From contig JBITAJ010000016.1 in assembly GCA_044440125.1 (NCBI GenBank), forward strand, positions 1-64,000: DNA of 64,000 nt. Reading direction: 5' to 3'. Shown one piece after another: positions 39,284 through 49,786 of this stretch. Both the position numbers and the translations under genes were made by a program. The stretch comes from Sedimentisphaeraceae bacterium JB056 (GTDB taxonomy: Bacteria; Planctomycetota; Phycisphaerae; Sedimentisphaerales; Sedimentisphaeraceae). Under the pieces are notes generated by a model. The model was not told where the DNA came from and searched no databases. It was given only the letters and a program-made list of their open reading frames with translations. How positions within the stretch are numbered: the first letter of the stretch is position 1; the number at the start of each line of letters is the position of its first letter.

Positions 39284-40159
39284 TTAGGTAAAGATGATAC
39301 CTGCATAACCTACCGAGTTTGAGCTTTCGCTGTTATATTTTGCTTTCATTATATCTCGGCTATGTGTATGTCTTAAGGTTACTGCTTTTTCTGCTCCAAG
39401 AAATTTGCAGGTAGATATTGTTGCTCCGATTGCTCCCGGTCCGCAGGCGCTTTTGTTGGAATTAGCCTCTTTGACAGCATTTTTACTGTCAAGTTTTTCG
39501 ATGTAAGTTATTAAATGTTTATCATTTACGTTCTTTGCCCACAAAAACCCTTTTTCTCCATCTCCTTTGGGGGTAAATCTATAGTCATCGCCATAATGCG
39601 TCAGGTCTGTAGAACCTATAACGGCTATTTTTTTGTCTTTATTTTTCTTGATTACTGAGCCTATAACAGATGACAGTTCTTCAAAATTCCCTGGTGGAAC
39701 TATTATCGGAACTATCTGGGAATCAGGAAACCTATATTTCAATATAGGGATGTTGACTTCGATGCTGTGCTCTGCTTCATGTATGAAGTTATCTACCTGC
39801 AAGCCTTGAGCAGCATCAGATATTTGCATGGAAATGTCCTGATCAATCTTGCAATATCCGATAGGCGTCTGCCATCGATTGCCATCGTAGATTATAGGGG
39901 ATCTCGCGAGTCCACAATGGCAGGCTCCAAATATTATAAAAGTATCTATTTCTCCTGTTGAACTAAAGATAGCCTCAAATACTTCAGCTGACACCTTACC
40001 ACTGAATACCCAGCCGGCGTGCGGTACTATTGCTCCAAAAATTCCCGTTTCTATTTTATGATTATTGACTGAATGAAACATTTTTTCAAGCTCGGAAAGG
40101 CACATTTCCCTGCTTGACGGATAAAACCTGTCGGCGCATATCATTTTTCTTTCTTTCAT
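39284..40159 (-). CDS. amrB: MEMO1-family protein (AmmeMemoRadiSam system protein B)
   Basis: PHAGWVFSG, EHSIEV, STDLTHYG, CGPG and VGYAG motifs; GGAGG RBS. Confidence 0.9.
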   Translation of the reverse strand: MKERKMICADRFYPSSREMCLSELEKMFHSVNNHKIETGIFGAIVPHAGWVFSGKVSAEVFEAIFSSTGEIDTFIIFGACHCGLARSPIIYDGNRWQTPIGYCKIDQDISMQISDAAQGLQVDNFIHEAEHSIEVNIPILKYRFPDSQIVPIIVPPGNFEELSSVIGSVIKKNKDKKIAVIGSTDLTHYGDDYRFTPKGDGEKGFLWAKNVNDKHLITYIEKLDSKNAVKEANSNKSACGPGAIGATISTCKFLGAEKAVTLRHTHSRDIMKAKYNSESSNSVGYAGIIFT

Positions 40160-40322
40160 AGCATCCTCCTGCTTGAATTATAAATGAAATTGACTAATAT
40201 ATTATACTGAGATATTTTGTGTTTTCCAGCAAATAGCTTTTACATAAGCAAATTTATGTTGGTACAAAACACAATATAATTATTATTGTATGAAAAGTAT
40301 TTTTATAGAAAGACATTAAAAA

Positions 40323-40823
40323 ATGAAAAAAACATCTGTAGCAGTAGTTATGGGGTCAGATAGTGATCTGCCTGTAATGCAAAAGTGCATAGATCAGCTA
40401 AAAGATTTTGGGATTGATCCAGTTGTCAGAGTCATATCAGCTCACCGTACACCTGATGTTGCGGCAAAGTTCTCAGATGATGCAAAAGTTAACGGCATAA
40501 AGGTAATTATTGCCGCAGCAGGAATGGCGGCTCATCTTGCCGGTTCTATAGCCGGTCGTACTTCTTTACCCGTTATTGGTGTTCCAATGCAGGCATCCGA
40601 AGGTCCGTGCGGTTTGGATGCACTTCTAAGCACAGTACAAATGCCTCCCGGAGTTCCTGTTGCAAGTATGGCCATAGGTAAGGCTGGAGCTAAGAATGCG
40701 GCAGTATTCGCTGCTCAGATACTTGCTATATCGGATAAAGATATTGATAAAAAACTTATCGAATTCCGTGATGCTCAGACAAAGGCCGTAATCGCTAAAG
40801 ACCAGGCATTAAACTCTAATTAG
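40323..40823 (+). CDS. purE: N5-CAIR mutase
   Basis: MGSDSD, SAHRTP, AGMAAHL and QMPPGVPV motifs. Confidence 0.96.
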   Translation: MKKTSVAVVMGSDSDLPVMQKCIDQLKDFGIDPVVRVISAHRTPDVAAKFSDDAKVNGIKVIIAAAGMAAHLAGSIAGRTSLPVIGVPMQASEGPCGLDALLSTVQMPPGVPVASMAIGKAGAKNAAVFAAQILAISDKDIDKKLIEFRDAQTKAVIAKDQALNSN

Positions 40824-42154
40824 TGGATTTGGTGATGAATAAATTTGATTTTAGTGTCCCAAGACTTGGACCTTGCAAAATTCCGAATCCGCTTAGTTTC
40901 TCTACTGAGGATGGTGATAAAATAGCTAATTACGCCAATGATGATATGGGTGTAATATATAGTGTTCGTGTTAAGCGAAAAGACCTTGAAGAGAAAGTTA
41001 CGACTGAATCTATTGCCGAAAAAGCTGGGCCGCGTCAAAATATATATTTTGATCCGACCAAAGTCCATGCAGCTATAGTAACCTGCGGTGGTCTGTGTCC
41101 AGGCTTAAATGCTGTTATTCGCTCGATCGTCCTGACATTGACTTATAGTTATGGCGCAAAAAGAATAACAGGCATTAAATATGGTTACAGAGGTTTTTTG
41201 CCTGAGTTTGGTTTGCCGACAATCCAGTTAACACCTGAGGTTGTTGCTGATATACATACTACAGGCGGCTCTATATTAGGCTCTTCCAGAGGTCATGGCG
41301 ATAAAGTAGAAGATATTGTTGATGCCATTGAACGCATGAATATTAATATGCTGTTTGTCATTGGTGGTGATGGTACCCAAAAGGGAACACTTGATATTTC
41401 GCGGGAAGCTCGTCGCCGTAACTTGAAATTGGCAGTGGTTGGCGTACCTAAAACTATAGACAACGATTTGAGTTTCGTTCAACGTTCATTTGGTTTTGAG
41501 ACAGCTGTTTCCAAGGCGATTGATGCTGTTAAAGGGGCTCATATCGAAGCTGCTGGTTTTCCAATGGGAATTGGCATGGTAAAGGTAATGGGACGAGAGT
41601 CGGGCTTTATTGCAGCCCATACGGCGCTTGCATCTATGGATGTTAACTATGTTCTTGTTCCTGAGGTGCCTTTTGAGCTTGAAGGACCCAAAGGCCTGCT
41701 TGCTGAACTCGAGGCCAGGCTTGCACGAAAAGACCATGTAGTTATTCTTGTGTCAGAGGGAGCCGGGCAGAGCTTGCTCTCGGCGAGTAACGAAAAGGAC
41801 TTGTCCGGTAATAGAAAACTTAATGATATAGGCCAGTTTCTTCGTGATCGTATTGTAAAATACTTTGCATCGAAGTCAAAAGTGGTCAATATGCGGTATA
41901 TCGATCCGGGCTATATAATAAGAAGTGCGCCGCCTAACCCGAATGATTCAATTTACTGCGCAAGGCTTGGATCGAATGCCGTTCACGGTGCGATGGCCGG
42001 CCGTACTGAATTTCTGATAAGTCTTATGCATGAATATTTCGTGCATGTTCCGATAGAGCTTGCTACATCAAGACGTAATGTCATTGATACCGATGGTTCG
42101 TTATGGCGTGATGTTCTTAATTGCACAGGCCAACCATCTTTGATGGTTAACTAA
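40823..42154 (+). CDS. pfkA: 6-phosphofructokinase, probably ATP-dependent (clade X / plant-like)
   Basis: TCGGLCPG, GGDGT (Gly at the donor-specificity position), PKTIDND, MGRESG and YIDP.Y.IRS motifs. Confidence 0.88.
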   Translation: MDLVMNKFDFSVPRLGPCKIPNPLSFSTEDGDKIANYANDDMGVIYSVRVKRKDLEEKVTTESIAEKAGPRQNIYFDPTKVHAAIVTCGGLCPGLNAVIRSIVLTLTYSYGAKRITGIKYGYRGFLPEFGLPTIQLTPEVVADIHTTGGSILGSSRGHGDKVEDIVDAIERMNINMLFVIGGDGTQKGTLDISREARRRNLKLAVVGVPKTIDNDLSFVQRSFGFETAVSKAIDAVKGAHIEAAGFPMGIGMVKVMGRESGFIAAHTALASMDVNYVLVPEVPFELEGPKGLLAELEARLARKDHVVILVSEGAGQSLLSASNEKDLSGNRKLNDIGQFLRDRIVKYFASKSKVVNMRYIDPGYIIRSAPPNPNDSIYCARLGSNAVHGAMAGRTEFLISLMHEYFVHVPIELATSRRNVIDTDGSLWRDVLNCTGQPSLMVN

Positions 42155-42169
42155 AACAGTAAACAGTGA

Positions 42170-42208
42170 ATATTTGTTCCGGCATTCGTTTTATGCCGGA
42201 ACAAATAT
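42170..42208. repeat. Perfect 16-bp inverted repeat after pfkA (hairpin, no clear U-tract)
   Basis: ATATTTGTTCCGGCAT-7 nt-ATGCCGGAACAAATAT. Confidence 0.75.
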
Positions 42209-42228
42209 CTTAAAGGGATGTAGTCTTT

Positions 42229-44271
42229 ATGCGTATTATGGTATTCATATTATTTTTTCAAGTATTTTTAGCTTGTGCCGCAGATCAGCTCGTTCCGACT
42301 GAAAATCTAAAGATATGGCTTGTTGCCGACAGTGTTGAATCATCTACTGATTCATTTTTGTCAACCATTCCCAATAAATCTAACAGCAGGTATGCTGCAA
42401 ATCAGATAAAAATTGAATATCGCCCTCTATACATTAAAAATTTCATTGAAAACAGGCCGGTTATTTCTCTTTCAGACATGAGAGGTTTTTCTTTTGGTGC
42501 TTTGCGAGCGACAACTGAAACAACCGTTTATGTCGGATATTATAAAGAAGTACACGGGCAAGATACTGAATTTCAAATAGTTAAATTTGAACCGGATGAT
42601 ATTTTAGCTAAAAATCAAAAGGCCGGTTTTGTTCTTGGTATATACAATGGTATGCTGTCTTTTCATGGAAAGCCGGGCTATTCGGCGGCTTTTACTGAGT
42701 TTCTTATGTATGACCACTTGCTCACGAGTGAGCAAGATGAAAAAATCCGCAGTTATCTCAGAGCTCGCTATAATCTTAAGAACGATAAGCGTTATCTTAA
42801 AAGTAATACGCTGATTGGGGCTGATGGTATAATAGATGTTTCGAATACTGTAAGTCTTGCCAATAAGAATATGATATGTGCAGTTGCTTGGGTGAACAAT
42901 GAAAGGGTTGTGCCTAAAAAGTCAGTTGATCTGCTGCGAAGTTATAATTATGGTGAAAAATGGTCAAAGACAACCATACGTATTCTTGGCAGCGAGGAGT
43001 TCACAGGGAGTATTTCCCCCTTTATGTATCTGAGCGGTTCAGATATATTGTATTTTTTCTACTCAAAATCGGATTCCGGCCGCAAAAGAATTGCTTATAA
43101 ATTTTCTGATGATAACGGATATAGCTGGTCGGAAGAAATTTTATTAGATGTTTCAGAGTCAGTTGGCGATATAAGCATATATCAAAGCATACATTTTAAC
43201 GGTGAAACACTTTTTCTACTTAAAGACTCTGTAAATGGTCCGGCTATTTTAAGATCAGCCGATATTGCGACATCATTGAAGCCTAATTCTGTTACCTGGA
43301 AGCTGGAGCGAATTGATAGTGAGACTTTGGGAAGTGATGTTGCCGGCAGTATTTCCATGCTTTCTCACAATGGGAATGTATACTGTTTCTTCACTGATGA
43401 AGATGATTTTCTGAAATATATCTCATTGATTGACGGCAAGGACTGGTCTGATCCTAAAAAAATATCAAATGGGGATTCTTACTTTCGTAATCCGCAAAAA
43501 GAGGGCATTTATGCCGTTTCAGATTCTTCAGGTATTTTAATTTTCTTCAGAAATAATACAGGGCTTAAAGAAGAACATTCTGATACAATATGGGTCGCGA
43601 AAGGCGTTCATGATGGTGAAGATTTTATCTGGGGTTGCCCGCAGATTGCAACATACAACTATTCATATGACACTGAATCTTCTATTGAAATACGTTCAAT
43701 TGTTAATGTTGACAATGATATCAAGGCGGCTTTTACTAATAGTGATTCTGCCTATTTTTGCCTCATAGGAGAAATCGTAAATTCAGATATTGCACCGAAG
43801 GGTGTAGGGAACTTTGAGTTAAAGGGGAGGTATGATCATAAGAATATATATGATTTGCCAAGTCTGCCTTCACTTTTAACTGGCAGTGTTATTATCGATT
43901 TGGATTCGAAAAAAGAAATTCTTGCAACCGATAGCGTTATTTTTAAGATAGGTGATGATGATAAAAAAATCGTTTTTTTTGTTGAAGACAGTCGGTTCGG
44001 ATTATATTTGAAAAACGGTAAAATGTCTTCCATTCTGAAAACGGAACAGTATAGTGAAGAAAAAGACAGGAATGTTGTTATAGAAGTTGACGGTAACGCG
44101 AATATTATGCGTATTTTAGTTGATGGCAGTATGAGTAATTGGCATGAACCTCCTGTTGGAGGTTGGGCTTATTTTTCTTCTGAAATAGGTCAATTTGCAG
44201 GTCAGAATAAACTGACTATACCATTGAATATGCATAATAACATTAACAAGCTTAGCATTCATTTGAGATAG
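42229..44271 (+). CDS. Secreted BNR/Asp-box (sialidase-like) protein with lectin-like flanking domains
   Basis: Signal peptide; Asp boxes SYNYGEKWS and SDDNGYSWS; LamG-like N-terminal segment (EFLMYDHLLT...IRSYLRARY). Confidence 0.6.
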   Translation: MRIMVFILFFQVFLACAADQLVPTENLKIWLVADSVESSTDSFLSTIPNKSNSRYAANQIKIEYRPLYIKNFIENRPVISLSDMRGFSFGALRATTETTVYVGYYKEVHGQDTEFQIVKFEPDDILAKNQKAGFVLGIYNGMLSFHGKPGYSAAFTEFLMYDHLLTSEQDEKIRSYLRARYNLKNDKRYLKSNTLIGADGIIDVSNTVSLANKNMICAVAWVNNERVVPKKSVDLLRSYNYGEKWSKTTIRILGSEEFTGSISPFMYLSGSDILYFFYSKSDSGRKRIAYKFSDDNGYSWSEEILLDVSESVGDISIYQSIHFNGETLFLLKDSVNGPAILRSADIATSLKPNSVTWKLERIDSETLGSDVAGSISMLSHNGNVYCFFTDEDDFLKYISLIDGKDWSDPKKISNGDSYFRNPQKEGIYAVSDSSGILIFFRNNTGLKEEHSDTIWVAKGVHDGEDFIWGCPQIATYNYSYDTESSIEIRSIVNVDNDIKAAFTNSDSAYFCLIGEIVNSDIAPKGVGNFELKGRYDHKNIYDLPSLPSLLTGSVIIDLDSKKEILATDSVIFKIGDDDKKIVFFVEDSRFGLYLKNGKMSSILKTEQYSEEKDRNVVIEVDGNANIMRILVDGSMSNWHEPPVGGWAYFSSEIGQFAGQNKLTIPLNMHNNINKLSIHLR

Positions 44272-44297
44272 CCTGAGCCTTGTGGAGGATTTTGCAG

Positions 44298-45410
44298 ATG
44301 GATAACGATATTGTCTTGACCTTTGATGAATCAAGACTGAAAATTAAGACCGGTTCTTTCTTAGGTACAAAACAGCTTAAGAAGTTTTGGCATGATCTTC
44401 ATACGGTATTATCGAGCAAAAATGTCAAGAGCATTGAAGTTGACACCTCAATGCTTACGGATATTGATAATAGCGGAGCGGCCTTGTTGGTATATATGGA
44501 GAATACCTCTGCAAAAAAAGGAATTGAATTCTGTTTTAACGGACTTAGTGATGATATTTCAGAGACACTTAATTCTTTCAGAGTGAATCTTGCAAAACCT
44601 GAAAAAATAAACCATATACGTTCTTTCGTTGAAGACCTTGGCAGAGGAAGTATGGGGCTATTCGAAAGTTTTGAAAGTGATGTAGGTTTTGTCGGCAAGT
44701 TGGCAAGCAGTTTTTTTAGACTCTTTCGTAATCCTGGAGAGCTGCGATGGAAAGATACGCTTATAGTCAGTGAACTTGCAGGGGTTAACTCGTTTTGGAT
44801 ATGCTCGACTATAGGTGTTTTGTTCGGACTTATACTTGCTTTTCAGTCAGCAATGCCTATGAAGCAATTTGGTGCTGAAATTTATGTGGCAAGTCTTGTT
44901 TCAATGTCTTTGTTCAGAGTTCTCGGTCCATTTATTGCGGCCATCCTGTTTGCAGCAAGAAGCGGTTCGGCATTTGCAGCAGAGATTGGAACCATGAAAG
45001 TTAATGAGGAGATTGATGCACTGATAACCATGGGGCTTGATCCGGTTAGCTTCCTTACTCTTCCGCGAGTCATAAGCGGAGTTATCTTTGTACCTCTTTT
45101 GACTGCAGTAGTAAATCTATTTGGCCTTATAGGCATGTTCGGTGTCATGTTTTCTCTTGGTTATCCTTTTGCAACGATATACCAGCAAGTGATAAACTTT
45201 ACAACTCTTACAGATATGACAGGTGGGCTTTGCAAAGCTTTGGTTTTTGGACTTCTGGTTGCCGGTGTAGGATGTCTGCGAGGTTTGCAGACAACGACCG
45301 GGTCACAGGCAGTAGGTCAGGCAGCAACCAAAGCGGTAGTCAGTGGTATCGTGCTGGTGGTTGTCGCGGAAGGTATTTTTTCAGTAATATTCTATGTGTT
45401 GGGGATATAA
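44298..45410 (+). CDS. mlaE: STAS-MlaE family ABC permease
   Basis: N-terminal STAS (DIDNSG); ARSGSAFAAEIGTMKVNEEIDAL and VGQAATKAVV motifs; GGAGG before ATG 44298. Confidence 0.88.
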   Translation: MDNDIVLTFDESRLKIKTGSFLGTKQLKKFWHDLHTVLSSKNVKSIEVDTSMLTDIDNSGAALLVYMENTSAKKGIEFCFNGLSDDISETLNSFRVNLAKPEKINHIRSFVEDLGRGSMGLFESFESDVGFVGKLASSFFRLFRNPGELRWKDTLIVSELAGVNSFWICSTIGVLFGLILAFQSAMPMKQFGAEIYVASLVSMSLFRVLGPFIAAILFAARSGSAFAAEIGTMKVNEEIDALITMGLDPVSFLTLPRVISGVIFVPLLTAVVNLFGLIGMFGVMFSLGYPFATIYQQVINFTTLTDMTGGLCKALVFGLLVAGVGCLRGLQTTTGSQAVGQAATKAVVSGIVLVVVAEGIFSVIFYVLGI

Positions 45411-45411
45411 A

Positions 45412-46161
45412 GTGGAAAACGGCGATACTATCATTACAGTTAAGAACCTTAAAGCCGGTTACGGTGAAGAACTGATTCTTGACGACATAAATTTCGATGT
45501 AAAAAGAGGTGAGATTTTTGTTATCCTTGGCGGTTCAGGTTGTGGTAAAAGCACGCTGCTAAAACATATGATAGGGCTTTATGAGCCGATCCAGGGTAGT
45601 GTTTTTATTGATGGTAAGAATATTGTGTCAACCTTTGGGCAGGAGAGAACAGAGATTATAAAGAGCTTCGGTGTGTCATATCAGAATGGTGCTTTGTTTG
45701 GATCCATGACTGTTCTCGAAAACTTGCGGTTACCGCTTGAAGAGTTTACCGATCTTCCTAAAGATATAATGGATATGATTTGTGTGTCAAGACTTAAGCT
45801 TGTCGGTCTTGAAGATACGGGTGATTTGATGCCCTCGGAGTTAAGTGGTGGTATGAAGAAACGTGTGGCCATTGCAAGGGCTATGGTTTTGGAACCCAAG
45901 ATTATATTCCTTGATGAGCCTTCTGCCGGTCTTGATCCAATTTCTTCCGTCGAGCTTGACAGGCTCATCAAGCGGCTCTCGAAGAGTTTAGGAATTACGT
46001 TTGTTGTTGTTACTCATGAGCTTGAGAGTATTTTTACTATTGCAGATCGTGTTATCATGCTTGATAAACAGAAGAAAGGCGTGATTGCTGAAGGTGACCC
46101 ATCTGAATTGAAAGATAATTCTGATGATCCTTGGGTCAAAAAATTCTTTAATCGTGAATGA
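45412..46161 (+). CDS. mlaF: MlaF-family ABC ATPase
   Basis: GGSGCGKS, QNGALF, PSELSGGMKKR, DEPSAGLDP and VVTH motifs; GTG 45412 preferred. Confidence 0.9.
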   Translation: MENGDTIITVKNLKAGYGEELILDDINFDVKRGEIFVILGGSGCGKSTLLKHMIGLYEPIQGSVFIDGKNIVSTFGQERTEIIKSFGVSYQNGALFGSMTVLENLRLPLEEFTDLPKDIMDMICVSRLKLVGLEDTGDLMPSELSGGMKKRVAIARAMVLEPKIIFLDEPSAGLDPISSVELDRLIKRLSKSLGITFVVVTHELESIFTIADRVIMLDKQKKGVIAEGDPSELKDNSDDPWVKKFFNRE

Positions 46162-47084
46162 ATAATAATGAGGTTTTATTAATGAGAGTACGAAGATATT
46201 TTAGTTTGATATTCGCAGCGATGTTCATTTTTATGAGCGGTTGCTGCAATAATTTGGATAAGACAAAGTGTAAGAGCGGTGGGGGACTTGAGCCTAAAGT
46301 TCTTGGCTATGGACAAGAGGCTTTCAAGATAGGTGAGCTTATATACTCAAGTGATTTTACTTATCCCGAAAACTGGATAATACAGATTCAGCCCAAAGAT
46401 GGCTTTGAACAAGGCAAGGTTGTTTTTGAAAACAATAAGCTTGATGCTTTTATGCCGGGCAGAGGATGCACTATATGGTTTAATAAAGAGCTGCATAATG
46501 GCGTTACAATTGTCTATGATGTTGTTTGCCCGTCTGAAAGTGCAGAAACCGATGGTATTCAAGTTCGTGATATTAACAATTTCTGGATGGCAAGCGGCCC
46601 GCCCGAGGCCTCAGAGCTTTTTAATCCGGCGGATTATTCAGGGGCTTTTCTTGATTATCATAAAATAAACTGCTATTATGCAAGTACAGGTGGCGGGGGC
46701 GCCAAAGGGAATCAGACTACTCGTTTCAGGATATATCCTCGAAAAGTTAATGGTGAAAATGTTCCTCATCTTGCGCTTCAGTATCGGGATGGCATTGAAG
46801 ATTATCTGATTACGCCGGACAAAAAGCATACTATTCAGCTTACGGCATTTGATGATATCATACAGTATATTGTGGATGGCAAGGTTGTTTATGAGATAAA
46901 GAATGGTGATGAGGTCAAAGTTCAGAGCATAACAGATGGCGGCATAGAATTTGAGGATTCTGTTTATAATACTGCCAAATCTGAGTTTCCGATGTATACA
47001 AAAGGTTATTTCGGTCTTAGGATGGTGGCTTCGCATCATCTCTATTCAAATTTCAGAGTGTATAAACTTGATGCGTTAAAATAA
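46158..47084 (+). CDS. Lipoprotein, DUF6250/YesU-like beta-sandwich
   Basis: MSGC lipobox; GCTIWF, DINNFWMA, YYAS.GG..N.TTRFR and GYFGLR motifs. Confidence 0.6.
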   Translation: MNNNEVLLMRVRRYFSLIFAAMFIFMSGCCNNLDKTKCKSGGGLEPKVLGYGQEAFKIGELIYSSDFTYPENWIIQIQPKDGFEQGKVVFENNKLDAFMPGRGCTIWFNKELHNGVTIVYDVVCPSESAETDGIQVRDINNFWMASGPPEASELFNPADYSGAFLDYHKINCYYASTGGGGAKGNQTTRFRIYPRKVNGENVPHLALQYRDGIEDYLITPDKKHTIQLTAFDDIIQYIVDGKVVYEIKNGDEVKVQSITDGGIEFEDSVYNTAKSEFPMYTKGYFGLRMVASHHLYSNFRVYKLDALK

Positions 47085-47113
47085 TTTTATCAAGAGAAAA
47101 TGTGAAATAAAAT

Positions 47114-47147
47114 AAAGGGGCGACATATTGTTATATGTCGCCCCTTT
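47114..47147. terminator. Bidirectional intrinsic terminator
   Basis: AAAGGGGCGACATAT-TGTT-ATATGTCGCCCCTTT between convergent genes. Confidence 0.88.
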
Positions 47148-47156
47148 TAGGTTTTA

Positions 47157-48608
47157 TTATACTGTGTAGGTTGAAGCTGCGGTATCGCCGCCTTTACCTG
47201 TCCAGTTCGTATGGAAGAACTCACCGCGAGATTTGTCAACTCTTTCGTAAGTGTGAGCTCCAAAATAATCACGTTGTGCCTGGAGGAGATTTGCAGGAAG
47301 TCTATCGCTTCTGTAACCATCATAGAAGGCCAGTGCAGCACTTATTGCCGGCATAGGTATTCCAAGTTCAACAGCCTTTACTACCACTCTTCTCCATGAA
47401 GCTTGTGCATTCTTAACTGCATCGGCAAAGAATGGATCCAGCAGGAGGTTTACAAGGTCAGGACAGTTCTCGAAAGCGTCTTTGATCTTGCCAAGGAATA
47501 CAGAACGGATAATGCAACCGCCTCTCCACATGAGGGCTATTCCGCCGTAGTTCAGTTTCCAACCATATTCAGCGGCCGCGGCACGCATGAGCTGGTATCC
47601 TTGTGCATAGCTTATGATCTTTGATGCGTAAAGAGCCTCACGCAGGTCATTGATCAGCTCGGCTTTATCGCCGTCAAATTTTGTACCAGGCCCGTTAAGT
47701 GTTTTAGATGCTTCAACACGTTCTCCTTTAAGTGCAGAAAGACATCTTGCGAATACTGCTTCACCTATAAGTGTAAGCGGCTGTCCGAGATCAAGAGCAG
47801 AAATTGCGGTCCATTTTCCAGTGCCTTTCTGGCCGGCAGTATCAAGGATGAGGTCAACAACTTCATTTCCGTCTTCGTCCTTATATCCAAGTATATCACG
47901 TGTTATTTCTATTAGGTATGAGTCGAGTTCGCCTTCATTCCATTCCTTGAAAACTTCGTGCATTTCACTATTACTTAGGCCCAATCCCTGCTTCATCATC
48001 TGGTATGTTTCACAGATCATCTGCATGTCGCCATACTCAATACCGTTGTGGACCATCTTCACGAAGTGACCTGCGCCACCTTCGCCTACCCATTCGCAGC
48101 ATGGTTCGCCGGTTTCGGTGTGTGCGGATATTTTTTGCAGAATCGGTTTTACACTATCCCAAGCAGCAGGTGAGCCGCCGGGCATAATAGATGGGCCGAT
48201 TAATGCGCCTTCTTCGCCGCCTGAAACGCCTGTTCCGATGTAGAGCTTGCCTTTGCTTTCCACGTATTCGGTACGGCGGATAGTATCAGGGAAGTGGCTG
48301 TTGCCGCCGTCGATGATGATATCGCCATCATCAAGAAGAGGCAGTACCTGATCGATGAAAGCGTCAACAGGTTTGCCGGCTTTGACCATTATCATTACCT
48401 TGCGAGGAGTCTTCAGGGAGTTTACCATTTCCTCAACACTGTGAGCACCGATGATATTTTTGCCCTTAGCTCGTCCATTTATGAAATTATCCACTTTTTC
48501 TACTGTACGGTTGTAACATGCTACGGTAAAGCCTTTGCTTTCCATATTCAGTATGAGATTCTCACCCATAACCGCCAAACCTACAACTGCAATATCTGCT
48601 TTTGACAT
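47157..48608 (-). CDS. gnd: 6-phosphogluconate dehydrogenase, decarboxylating
   Basis: GLAVMG, YNRT, DGGN, SGGEEGA, KMVHNGIEY, QKGTGKW and QRDYFGAHTY motifs. Confidence 0.97.
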   Translation of the reverse strand: MSKADIAVVGLAVMGENLILNMESKGFTVACYNRTVEKVDNFINGRAKGKNIIGAHSVEEMVNSLKTPRKVMIMVKAGKPVDAFIDQVLPLLDDGDIIIDGGNSHFPDTIRRTEYVESKGKLYIGTGVSGGEEGALIGPSIMPGGSPAAWDSVKPILQKISAHTETGEPCCEWVGEGGAGHFVKMVHNGIEYGDMQMICETYQMMKQGLGLSNSEMHEVFKEWNEGELDSYLIEITRDILGYKDEDGNEVVDLILDTAGQKGTGKWTAISALDLGQPLTLIGEAVFARCLSALKGERVEASKTLNGPGTKFDGDKAELINDLREALYASKIISYAQGYQLMRAAAAEYGWKLNYGGIALMWRGGCIIRSVFLGKIKDAFENCPDLVNLLLDPFFADAVKNAQASWRRVVVKAVELGIPMPAISAALAFYDGYRSDRLPANLLQAQRDYFGAHTYERVDKSRGEFFHTNWTGKGGDTAASTYTV

Positions 48609-48689
48609 TTTAAACTCCTTGTTTGGTTTTTAATATTACACTATCAAATTTTATTATCTGTTCAGATCGTCTTTTGTCAATCTTTAATA

Positions 48690-49763
48690 CTATCGTTTTA
48701 CCCTTGCATTGCCTTCCCAGATGCTCCAGAGTTGAGCCTCGTCGGCCGGTTGAGCATAATCTGTCAGCATTGTAGCGGCCAGTGCTCCGGCGGCCCAGCC
48801 AAAACGTGCGCATTTTTTAACATCCCAGTCCTTGAGGATGCCGTAGAGCAGTCCGCCTACGAAACCGTCGCCGCCGCCGATACGGTCCAGTACGCCAATC
48901 TCACGCGGCTTGATGATTTCCCATTCTTTGCTGTCAGTTACTAACGCGCCCCACATGTGGCAGTTGGCAGAGACAACCTCTCGAAGGGTTGTGCCAAAAT
49001 AAGTCGCGTTTGGATAGGCCTTCTGCACCCGGCCGATCATTTCCTTAAAACCATCGATTTTGGCGTCCAGTCCACGACCGCCGGCTTCCGGGCCTTGAAT
49101 GCCCAGGCAAAGCTGGAAGTCTTCTTCGTTACCGATCAAAATATCACTTCGGGAAGCAATCTCCGCAAACGTTTTTGCAAGTTCTTTTTCGCGGCCCTTC
49201 CAGAAGCTGGCACGATGGTTGAGGTCGAACGATATCAGCGAACCATTTTCTTTGGCCACGCGGGCGACGTCCAGGCAGAATTGGCTGGTTTTCGGTGAAA
49301 GAGCTGCGATCAGGCCTGACAAGTGTACGATCCTGGCGCCTTCTTTGGCAAAGATTCTGTCCAGATCAAAATCATCCGCACTCAACTCACGGCCGACTTC
49401 TCCGGCGCGGTCGTTTTGCACGCGAGGTCCGCGCGTGCCCCAGCCGCTGTCGGCCATATTGATCTGGTGACGATAACCCCAAGGGTTGTCCTGATCGAAT
49501 TCCGGTCCTTCAAAATCCATCCGGCGGCTTCCCAGGTTGTCTTTGATAAAGTGTGCACACGGGCTGCCCTTTACAAAGGCCGTCAATACTTTGACAGGCA
49601 TTCCCAGTAATGATGATACGCTTGCGACATTGCTTTCGGCGCTGGTGGCCTGCATCTTGAACGTATCGCTGCAATGAAATGGCTGTGAATCCACCGGTGT
49701 CAGCCGCAGTCCCATACTTGTTGGAACAAGCAGGGCATATTTTTTTTCTTCTGTTTTAGTCAT
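48690..49763 (-). CDS. PfkB-family sugar-acid kinase (KdgK-like)
   Basis: SAESNVA, SFDLNHR, GNEED and DRIGGGDGF motifs. Confidence 0.88.
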   Translation of the reverse strand: MTKTEEKKYALLVPTSMGLRLTPVDSQPFHCSDTFKMQATSAESNVASVSSLLGMPVKVLTAFVKGSPCAHFIKDNLGSRRMDFEGPEFDQDNPWGYRHQINMADSGWGTRGPRVQNDRAGEVGRELSADDFDLDRIFAKEGARIVHLSGLIAALSPKTSQFCLDVARVAKENGSLISFDLNHRASFWKGREKELAKTFAEIASRSDILIGNEEDFQLCLGIQGPEAGGRGLDAKIDGFKEMIGRVQKAYPNATYFGTTLREVVSANCHMWGALVTDSKEWEIIKPREIGVLDRIGGGDGFVGGLLYGILKDWDVKKCARFGWAAGALAATMLTDYAQPADEAQLWSIWEGNARVKR

Positions 49764-49786
49764 TATCTGGCTCCCTATAAAACATA

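Noticed and set aside
39284..40159. MEMO1-family gene as part of a local three-gene AmmeMemoRadiSam system
   Set aside because: Partner genes A and the radical SAM enzyme are not in the window, and dispersal of these genes is ordinary
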